64,000 nucleotides of DNA from the human T2T-CHM13v2.0 reference genome, Homo sapiens. A program made the translations under genes and the position numbers. This document shows, piece after piece, positions 53,791 through 64,000 of the stretch (position 1 is its first letter; each line of letters starts with the position of its first letter). The DNA is taken from NCBI RefSeq assembly GCF_009914755.1, contig NC_060927.1; one strand, 5' to 3'. The notes under the pieces are model-generated. The model did no database searches. It was not told the DNA's origin and saw only the letters and a program-made list of their open reading frames with translations.

Positions 53791-56024
53791 TGTCATCATC
53801 CGGGTTCTCCAGAGAAATAGAACCAATTTATACAATATTGGTTATACAAACCTGCACATATGTGTGCATATATAGACACATGCACAAAGATACAAATATA
53901 CATACATATATATACATAGAGAGACAGAGAGATTTCAAGGAAATGGCTCACAAGTTTATGGAGGCTTCAGCAGGGAGTCAGTCCTTTACTGAAGCTCTTC
54001 AACTGATTGACTGCGGGACACTTACGGAGAATAATATTTTTACTTAAGAAACAATGATTTGAACATGTATCTCACCTAAAAAAAAATTCTTCACAAAAAT
54101 ATCCAGACATATCTGACCAAATATCTGGGTATTGTGGCCTAGCCATACTTCATCTCTGATTTAAGACATAAGTCAGTTATGTTTCCACTTAACGTGATAA
54201 AACTATTTTGCTTGCAACTAAAAATGCATGAAACTTTTCCTAGGAGGGGATTCAAGGTCCTTGCGTAAGGATCATTCTTCTCCTTGATATCCATAGTAAC
54301 TTAAATACTATTACATAAAATCACTACATGTTATGATACATGATAATGCAATAAGAGAGAGAAGAAAATGAAAAGAGTTGCCACACACACACACACAAAT
54401 ATATATATGTGATGAAATAAGGAAGAAATACTCATAAATACTCCTGACAATTACAGTTCTAATTTCTGTAGCTGATGACATCTTCCTGCATAGCTGTTAT
54501 TTATAACTAGTTTATTCTACTTCTCATTCTCTATTACCTTTACTATCAGCAAGTAACTCAACTGGTTCTGGCTCTTTACCAGATGGGTTGACCCAACCCT
54601 TCATTCTTAATGGGTCTGGGCTTAATAATTTTCCCTGAATTTAGTAGTTGTAGTTTTCCATTGACTAATAACAGGGCACAGTATAACTAAGAGACACCCT
54701 AAGAGATCTCCTGTATTTCAGACATATTTATTCAGTTCCATTGTGAGTAGCAGTACAATTTCCCCTTGGTAATTAGGATGAATTACCCCAGCCAACGCTG
54801 TAACCTCCTTCTCTGCCTGTTAATTCAGGGAATGAGTAGCACAAAGTAGTCAGATGGCTGTCTTAATGTCCAATTCAATGGAGTCATTGTTTCTTCAAGT
54901 AGAAGCATTCTTCCCTTTGGAATTAAAATTTCTAGGTCAACAGAACATAATTTTGCAGTGACAGGATGGAAAATTTTGCTGGTGAATTACCAGGAATATC
55001 GTGAGTGGTGCCACTCCCCTTTCTACTCATTGAATATCCCCCTTTCTACTCATTGAATACTGGACCTGTGAATCCTAACTATGAGAGAAATAACACCATG
55101 TATTAGGTGCTGATTCAGATTATATACAGCTTCCTGAAGAGCCTTGCCGAAACCCTGCATGGTACTTCCATCTAGCTGGCACTGTAACTGAGTCGTCCAA
55201 GGCCATGAAGCCATTCCAGCATTCTTTCAAGTCAAGTGCTTCAGGATGCTGTAGAACATACTAACACACTAGTACATGTCATGATCATGGGCCCATTGCT
55301 GCATTTCATTTGCTGTGAAATGAGCGTCTTGATCAGGATAAAGCTGCATGGAATATCATGATGATGGATAATGAATTCTGTAATTCATGGATGATAGCTT
55401 TGGCAGAAGCATTGTATGCAGTGAAGGCAAATCTTTATTCAGAGTAAGTGTCTATTCCACTAAGAACAAAACAGTGCCTCTTCCATGATGGAAGTAGACC
55501 ACGAGGCAACCAGATCTACCACGTAGCTGCCTGACCACCCTTGAGAATGGTGCTATATAGGAGACTCAGTGTGTCTGCTACTGGATGATGGACACTCAGC
55601 TGTGGCCATAGATAGTTAAGACTTGTTGAATAGAAGTGCATGTTGCTGAGTCTATGCATAGCCTCTATCCCTTCTGCACATGCTGAATAGGTGAGTTGAA
55701 TGGGGATGTAATGTGAATGGGAAACCTGCGCATTCTTTAAGTCCTTGATGATGAAACTAAACTCTGCAATCCTTTCAGGATTGTGGCATTGCTCTTCATT
55801 TACTATTTCCCTAGTTAGAGGTAATTCTAGTGGCCTCCACTTGGCCTTTTCTACCACAATAGCCTTTATTCTATGTTATAAAGGGTAATCTTCTTTAATC
55901 AATGTTTACAGATTCAAATGTTCATTTTATCTTCGAAATACCTTTTATAGAAATATCTAGAATAGCATCAGTAAATATCTTGTACCACGGCCTCACCAAG
56001 TTGACACATAAAATTATCATTACA
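53791..56024 (-). mobile_element. Internally deleted MLT2/HERV-L provirus: 3' LTR ~53791-54145, internal ~54146-55880, partial 5' LTR ~55881-56024
   Basis: MLT2 hallmarks GGGTTCTCCAGAGAAATAGAACCAAT and GGCCTCACCAAGTTGACACATAAAATTATCATTACA. ORF 55516..55857 starts MVEKAKWRPLELP...IIKDLKNA (HERV-L pol start) and ends GGQAATW (integrase GDQPATW). Confidence 0.88.
55016..55059. repeat. Exact 21-bp tandem duplication CCCCTTTCTACTCATTGAATA
   Basis: Copies at 55016-55036 and 55039-55059. Confidence 0.9.
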
Positions 56025-56027
56025 CAA

Positions 56028-56735
56028 TGATACCAAATGAGGCCACTTCATAATTTTAAGCTACACAAAAACAGGGTCAACATACCACCCATGAAATGCC
56101 AAGGATCTTCCTTCTTGGCTAAAACAAGTGACTACTACTTTTTTTTTTTTTTTTTTTTTTTCCTGAGATGGAGTCTTGCTCTGTCGCCCAGGATGGAATG
56201 CAGTGGCATGATCTTGGCTCACTGCAACCTCTGCCTCCCAGGTACAAGCAATCTTCCTGCCTCAGCCTTCTGAGGTAGCTGAGATTACAGGTGCCCACCA
56301 CCACATCTGGCTAATTTTTGTACTTTTAGTAGAGACAGGGTTTCTCCATGTTGGGCAGGCTAGTCCTGAACTCCTGATCTCAAGCGATGCACCCACCTTG
56401 GCCTCCCAAAGTGCTGGGATTACAGGTATGAGCCACTGTGCACAGCCGTGACTACTACTTCTTTACAAATTACAACTTTATCTTCATTCTCTGTCTCTAT
56501 AAATAAGATTAATTGAGATACTCAATCACAAAGTTGTTCCCACTTTCTGAAAGCATCCAGTCTAGAACAAATCCCCATTCCCTTAGACCCACACTCAAGT
56601 CACCCAACCAAAGTCCAAATATTACACAATTCCCCATGGTGCATAGTCTCTCTCTCTCTCTGCAGAGAGTGATTAAACTCAATTTATTCAACTGTTGGTA
56701 TGCTCTTGATGGTCTTTGGTTAGAAGGCATTGACA
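56028..56735 (+). mobile_element. Probable solo LTR (family not identified), interrupted by an Alu
   Basis: TG...CA termini (end GAAGGCATTGACA), ATTAAA about 60 nt before the end followed by a GT-rich U5-like segment. The start is uncertain. Confidence 0.5.
56141..56447 (-). mobile_element. AluSx/Sz-like, TSD GTGACTACTACTT
   Basis: Full Alu; TSD at 56128-56140 / 56448-56460. Confidence 0.95.
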
Positions 56736-58199
56736 TGAGTAACATGTCAAGTAAATGCACATATCTGATGGCTTGACAATAAAATATATATCAAGTTATA
56801 ATCTGTGATTTACAAATAGCACACTGTAGTCTGCTTAAGAAAATGTAACAAGAGTGATGAGATAAGGCTAGTGAAAATAATAGGTCTAATATTTCATGCC
56901 TAAGCATGTATATTTTATCCAAGGAAAAAGGGAGCAATAAAAAATGTTAAGAAACACAATAGAATTTTAGAAAGATCACACTGGAAACACTAGGACATAT
57001 AATGTTAGTTACTTTCCATTTGTATTATGTTGGTCACTTCAGGACTAGTTACCATATATCAAACATGGAGGACATTACTTCAGTTTTTATAGTAAGTAGC
57101 TGAGCCCAGACAGAAAACTAGTGCCAAGTTCAGTCCATATGCCTAAAATTGAGACCGAGAGGAAGTAGATAAGGCAATGTAAGTTGATTGTATAGTATCA
57201 TTTCTTCTTCTAGAGCATGAAAAATGAATCCATTAGAAAACTTTCATACATTCTGTAATGATGGAATATCAAGTTATTGGAAGAAGAAGAAGGATAGATT
57301 TTATTTTAAACAAAGAAATTGAAGTTCTAAAAATTAAGAGTGTGAGTTTTCTCAAAACATTTTAAAATCTTTTTTCAAATCCCTGGCCCTACCATTGATC
57401 TACTCATTCTTTGCAAATGGCCTTGTTATTTCATCAAATTCCCTTTGTTGCAATTGAGTATGATTATTTCTTCACTACCTCTCTGCTGTTACAGAGATTA
57501 AGAACTGTCACTACGTCTTGGACATCATCATTTTGTACCTTCTTTTGTGCCATGACAAATCATTTATTTCTCATCCCTTTTCTCTTGAATTTTTGATATG
57601 TTCATATTTGAAATGATAGAACCAAATAAGTCGTCAGGGAAGAGAGTTACTACTACTACTGAGAATTTTTAAGGCCAAGAGAAAGCCCTGAATGGTCAAA
57701 CACAACCTTAGAAATCAGCATACCAGTAATTTTTATAACATAATTTAGAATTTTTAAATGACAATAAAATATCAGATTTGTTTCAAATGTTTTGCATTCA
57801 GTGTTTTAATAATTATAACTATCAATATATTTTCTGAGATTAAAATTTTATTTTTTATTTTACAGCTAAGGAGCTTAGATTCCTAATATTGAAAAATCAA
57901 AGGCAACATAAGGATTGTGTAAACTTTACATGAAATCCCATTTTCAGTTCAATTCTACATTATCAATATTACTAAAACATCAATGAATCAACACTTGCAT
58001 TTCAAAATACAGTACATAGAATCATTCATTGCAAGCAACTACAGAATTACCTATAAGATGTATAAAAAGGGGATAGGTGAGGGGGGGAGGAGAAACAATA
58101 AGAAAATTAGGTATTTTAGGCTAATTAAAGGGTCAGGATAATATATGTTGAAGGACATAGAAGTCAGCCATGTCATTCTGGCTGTCTTATATTTCGGGA

Positions 58200-58440
58200 A
58201 GACCTGGGTTTTGATATAAAAGTTATTCAGTTTCCCGGATTAACTGCTAAAACATGGGAGACTACAGGCAATTCATTTAACATCTCTGGGACTGAGTCTT
58301 GTCATCTGGAAAATAGGGTAATCACAGTAACTACTTCAAATAATTGTTGCCACATTTTCAATTAGAAAATGTGTGTGGCAATCATCCTATTACTGGAAAG
58401 AACTAACTAAATAATACTGTTTGTTGTAATATTAGTGCAA
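58200..58440 (+). mobile_element. MIR
   Basis: CAATTCATTTAACATCTCTGGGACTGAGTCTTGTCATCTGGAAAATAGGGTAAT core. Confidence 0.7.
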
Positions 58441-60212
58441 TTAAGTGGATATTGTTAGGAAAATTTATAAAGACATTGAACCTCAGCAGTTGTCAAATAC
58501 CCACAGTAAACAATGCACTATTTTGGTACAAAAAATTCTCAGTCTCTATTTACACTACTGATGAACCAAGAAGATGTCTTCCTAAAAATATTAAATAAAA
58601 AATATTGTCATATGTAAGTATTTTAGGAAATTGTTAAGTGACATAAAGACATATATTTCTGTAGGTATGTGAAAGTATATATGTGTGTGTATATTTATAT
58701 ATACACAATTACATAAGGCAAACTTTTTTAAAGGTCAATGAAAAAATGTGTTTTTTATATATATATATATTATATATATATAGTTTTCCTGTGTAATAAA
58801 CTCCTTTAATTTGAAAATATATCTTTGAAGTGGGAAATATGACATATCTAATTATGTCAGGGAGTATCTTTAAATCACAAAAATGCATAATTCAGCTTTT
58901 TCTGAGATCATGGCGGACGGGAGGCAGGACTAGATTGCAGCTTCCATGCGGACAGACAGAGCAGCCTGTGGAGGCTCGCATTGTGAACTTTTGTTCCAGA
59001 ATGACCGCAGGAATACATTAGGAAAGCCAAGAGAACCTAAAGACCCTCTAAAGGAAGCAGATTGCTCCTGCAGGACCTGGGAGACACCCCAATTACTGTG
59101 AGTTCCCAAACTGTGGAAGTGGGAAAGGGAGAATGTCTATCTCCAAACACCCATTCCCCCTGGGGAAACTTAAGTTCTAGATTATGGGAAAATATTCTGA
59201 TCTCACCTGAAGCAGAGTCAATTTAGATAGCAGAGTGAAATACAGGGGTAGAGGAAGCAGATGAAAAAGTCCTGTGGTCTCACTGGGTCTCCTAGCAAGC
59301 CATTTCTCCTTTGCCTCACAGGGGTCCTTCAGGAGGGCTGCCAGAGGAACTAGAAAAATGCTGCAGGGAGAAGGAAACCTCCAGCTGAACTTTGTAACAA
59401 TTTGAACCCATCCAGAAGTCTCCTGGTCAGAACCTGGGGGAGGGCGAGAATCTGCTATGCAGACTCCACAGGCAGGGAAAGAACAAAGGCCATGCTGGCT
59501 TTTGAAGCTGGCAAGCAGGTAGCTGGGGTGGGGTGGGGGGGATGGGGCACAGTGGGAGTGAGACTGGCTCTCTGGGTTGTGTGGGAGCTATGACTGCTTG
59601 CTTTCCCTCACTTCCCTGAGAGCCTATGTGACACAGTAGAGGCAGCCATAATCCTCCCAGGAACATAACTCCTTTGACCTGGAAACCACACTCCCATTAC
59701 ACACAGCAGCCCCAGCAAGACCTGCCCAAGGACAGTTGAGCTCAGACATGCCTAGTCCTGCCCCAACCTAATGGTTGTTCCCTACTCATGCTGGTAACTG
59801 AAGACAAAGGGCATATACTATTGGGAACCCACTACCTGTTCCTCCTCGTACTACCACAGCTAATGCTCTCTTGAAATCACCACCTCATGGCATGAGGCCA
59901 ACCAGCACAAAAATAGTGCATTAATCAACCAAAGCTAAGGACCCTCAGAGTTCATTTCACTACCCTGCCACCTGCACTGGAGCAGGTGCTAGTATTCATG
60001 GCAATCTCCAGTACCAGCTTGGAGCCTGGTAGACTTCCTGGGTGGCTAGATCCAGAAGAAAGATAATCACTACAGCTCGCCTCTCAGAAAGCCACATCTT
60101 TAGGAAAAGGGGGAGAGTACTACATTAAGGAAACACCCAATGAGACAAAAGAATCTTAACAACAGTCTTGAGCCTTAGACCTTCCCTCTGAGAGAGACTA
60201 CTCAAATGCGAA

Positions 60213-61230
60213 TGAACCAGAAAACCAACTGTGGTAATATGACAAAACAAGGTTCTTTAATGCCCCCTCAAAATCACACTAGCTTACCAGCAATGGATCC
60301 AAACCAAGAAGAAATCCCTGATTTACATGAAAAAAAAATTCAGAAGGTTAATTATTAAGTTAATCAGGAAGGCACCAGAGAAAGGTGAAGATCAATGTAA
60401 GGAAATTTAAAAAGAAATGATATAAGAAGTGAAGGGAGAAATATTCAGTGAAATAGAGCGCATACAGAAAAAAAAAAAAACTTCAGAAAACAATGGACGC
60501 ACTTTTAGAAATGCAAAATACTCCAGCCTCAGCAATAGAATCGAACAAGCAGAATAAAGAACTTCAGACCTCAAAGACAGGGTTTTTAAATTAACCCAAT
60601 CCAACAAAGACAAAGAAAAAAGAATAAGAAAATATGAACAAAGCCTCCGAGAAGTCTGGGATTATGTTAAATGAGCAGACCTAAGAATGATTGGTATTTC
60701 TAAGGAAGAAGAAAAATCTAAAGGTTTGGAAAATATATTTGGGGGAATAATCAAGGAAAACTTCCCCAGTCTTGCTTGAGACCTAGGCATCCAAATGCAA
60801 GAAACTCAAAGAACACCTGAGAAATTCATCACAAAAATATTATTGCCTAGGCATATTGTCATCAGGTTATCTAAAGTTAAGATGAAGCAAAGAATCTTAA
60901 GAGCTATGAGGCAAAAACACCAGGTAACCTATAAAGGAAAACCTATAAGATTAATAGCATATTTCTCACTGGAAACCCTACAAGCTAGAAGGCACTAGGG
61001 CCCTATCTTCAGCCTCCTCAAACAAAACAATTGTCAGCCAAGAATTTTGTATCCAGCAAAACTAAGCTTCATAAATGAAGGAAAGATACTGTCTTTTAGA
61101 GACAAACAAATGCAGAGAGAATTCACCACTACCCAAGCCAGCACTATGAGAACTGCTAAAAGGAGCTCTAAATCTTGAAACAAATCCTGGAAATGCATCA
61201 AAAGAGGACCTCTTTAAAGCATAAAGCTCA
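60213..61230 (+). pseudogene. L1 ORF1p remnant (stops and frameshifts)
   Basis: MQETQRTPEKFITKILLPRHIVIRLSKVKMKQRILRAMRQKHQVTYKGKPIRL. Confidence 0.88.
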
Positions 61231-61300
61231 CAGGAACCTATAAAACAAAAATACAATTAAAAAATAAACAAAAAACAAAGGTATACTGGAAGCAGATAAC

Positions 61301-64000
61301 ATGATGAATAGAATGGTACCTCACATCTCAATCCTAATATTAAATGTAAATGTCCTAAATGCTCCACTTAAAAGGTACAGAATTGCAGAATGGATAAGAA
61401 TTCACCAAACAACTATCTGTTGCCCTCAAGAGACAGACCTAACATATAAGGACTCATATAAACTTAAGGTAAAGGGGTGGAAAAAAACATTCCACGCAAA
61501 TAGACACCAAAAGTGAGCAGGAGTAGCTATTCTTATGTCAGAAAAGAACAAAATTTAAAGCAACAGCAGTTAAAAAAGACAAAGAGGGACATTATATAAT
61601 GATAAAAGGTCTTGTCCAACAGGAAAACACAACAATCCTAAATACATATGCACCTAACACTGAAGCTCCCAAATTTATAAAACAATCACTAATAAGCCTA
61701 AGAAATGAGATAGACAGCAACACAATAATAGTGGGGAACTTCAATACTCTACTGACAGCACTAGACAGGTCATCAAGGCAGAAAGTCAACAAATAAAAAA
61801 TGGATTTAAACTATACCCATGAACAAACAGACTTAACAGATATTTACAAAACATTTTACCCAACAAATGCAGAATACACATTCTATTCAACCGTGCATTG
61901 AACTTTCTCCAAGATAGGGCACATGACAGGCCATGAAATGAGCATCAATAAATTTAAGAAAATTGAAATTTTATCAAGCACTCTTTCAGACCACAGTGGA
62001 ATAAAACTGAAAATCAACACCAAAAGAAACATTCAGAACCATGCGAATACATGGAAATTAAATAACCTGCTTCTGAATGATCACGGGGTCAACAATGAAA
62101 TGAAGATGGAAACTAAAAAATTCTTCAAACTGAATGACAATAGTGACACAACCTATCAAAAAACCTCTGAGATACAGTAAAGGTGTCACTAAGAGGAAAG
62201 TTCATAGACCTAAACACCTACATCAAAAAGTCTGAAAGAGCACAAACACACAATCTAAGGTTCCACCTCAGGGAACTAGAGAAATAAGAACAAACCAAAC
62301 CCAAACACAGCAGAAGAAAGGAAATAACCAATATCAGAGCAGAACTAAATAAAATTGAAGCAAAAATATAAAAAAGAGAAATGAAACAAAAAAATAGATC
62401 TTTGAAAAGATAAATAAAATTGATAGATCATTAGCAAGATTAACCAAGAAAAGAAAACAGAAAATCCAAGTATGCTCAATTAGAAATGAAATGGGAGATA
62501 TTACAATTGACACCACAGAAACACAAAAGATTATTTTGGCTGCTATGAACTTCTTTCTGCACATAAACCAGAAAACCTAGAGATGGATAAATTCCTGAAA
62601 AGATACAACCTTCCTAACTTAAATCAAGAAGAATTAGATACCCTAAACAGACCAATAGCAAGCAGCAAGGTTGAAATGGTAATAAAAAAAATACCAACCA
62701 AGAAAAGTCCAGAACCAGATGAATTCACAGCAGAATTCTACCAGACATTCAAAGAATTGGTACCAATCTTATTGACACTATTCCACAGACAGAGAAGGAG
62801 GGAACCCTCCCTAAATCATTCTATGAAGCCAAGATTACTCTAATACCAAAACCAAGAGAAGACATAACCAAAAAAGAAAACTACAGACCAATATTTCTGA
62901 TGAACATAGATGCTAAAATCCTTAACAAAATACTAGCTAGCCAAATACAACAACATATCAAAAAGATAATCCACCATGATCAAGTGGGTTTCATGCCAGT
63001 GATGCAGGGATGGTTTAACATATGCAAGTCAATAAAATGTGATACACCACATAAACAAAATTGAAAAAAACACATGATCATATCAATAGATGCAGAAAAA
63101 GCATTAGACAAAATCCACCATCACTTTATGCTTAAAACTCTCAGCAAAATTGGCATACAAGGGACATACTTCAATGTAATAAAATCCATCTATGACAAAC
63201 CCACAGCCAACATAATATGAAATAGGGAAAGTTAAAAGCATTCCCTCTGAAAACTGGAACAAGGCAAGGATGCCCACTCTCACCACTCCTCTTCAACAAA
63301 GTACTGGAAGTCCTAGCCAGAACAATCAAATAAGAGAAAGAAATGAAGGGCATCCAAATTTGTAAAGAGGAAGTCAAACTGTGGCTGTTTGCTGATGATA
63401 TGATTGTTTACCTAGAAAACCCTAAAGACTCCTTCAGAAAGCTCCTAGAACTGGTAAAAGAATTAAGCAAAATTTCTGCATACAAAATTAATGTACACAA
63501 ATCAGTAGTTCTCTTTTACACCAACAGCGACCAAGCTGAGAATCAAATCAAGAATTCAATCCCTTTTAAAAAAGCTGAAAAAAAAAAATCAAATAGTTGG
63601 GAGCACAGCTAACCAAAGAGGTAAAAGACCTCTACAAAGAAAGCTACAAAACATTGTTGAAAAAAATCATGGATAACACAAACAAATGGAAACAAATCCC
63701 ATGCTCATGGATGAGTAGAATCCATATTGTGAAAATGACCATACTGCCAAAAGCAATCTACAAATTCAATGCAATTCTCATCAAAATAACACCATCATTC
63801 TTCACAAAATTATTTTTAAAAATCCTAAAATTCATATAGAAGCTGAAAAAAAAAAAGCCCACAAAGTCAAAGCAACTAAGCAAAAAGAACAAATCTCGTG
63901 GCATAACATTATCTGATTTCAAACTATACTTTAATGCCTTAGTCGCCAAAACAGCATGGTACTGGTACAAAAATAGGCACATAAATGGAACACAATACAG
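61301..64000 (+). pseudogene. L1 ORF2p remnant (endonuclease and reverse transcriptase, fragmented)
   Basis: EN motifs [34 protein letters not shown]; RT region [15 protein letters not shown] and [13 protein letters not shown]. Confidence 0.93.

Larger units (their letters stand above)
58903..64000 (+). mobile_element. L1PB-type LINE-1 from 5' UTR through ORF1 and most of ORF2 (runs off the window end), inactivated
   Basis: 5' end GATCATGGCGGACGGGAGGCAGGACTAGATTGCAGCT (L1PBa-like), followed by collinear ORF1 and ORF2 remnants. Confidence 0.95.

Noticed and set aside
58903-64000. L1 as a potentially active element
   Set aside because: ORF1 and ORF2 are broken into many short frames by stops and frameshifts.

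Overview
AT-rich, CpG-depleted primate (human-like) genomic DNA, apparently intronic or intergenic. I cannot support any protein-coding exon, RNA gene or CpG island. The window is dominated by interspersed repeats. There are 12 Alu copies, many with visible target-site duplications (TSDs). L1s include a 5'-truncated young L1PA (2690-3984, minus), several old L1M fragments, an L1MA 3' half (46560-48635) and a decayed L1PB-type element from its 5' UTR to the window end (58903-64000). There are two minus-strand ERV-L internal relics with recognisable gag/pol/integrase motifs, MaLR/MER21/LTR33-like LTRs, a near full-length Tigger2, MER1/MER3/MER5 hAT relics, and L2/MIR fragments. The recognisable ORFs in the track are TE or simple-repeat derived, and the rest look like chance frames. 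I did not find a convincing new biological system. The most notable local oddities are: a perfect 58-bp (CT)n-(GA)n palindrome; an ungapped 105-bp, 91%-identical duplication 4.7 kb apart; an AluYe-like fragment nested in another Alu's linker; an ERV-L provirus with a fused RT-start/integrase junction and a possible CpG-decayed TSD; a possible Alu-mediated L1 deletion; and several small tandem duplications and hairpins. Subfamily names come from recalled consensus sequences and need RepeatMasker/Dfam confirmation. Boundaries of old elements are approximate.
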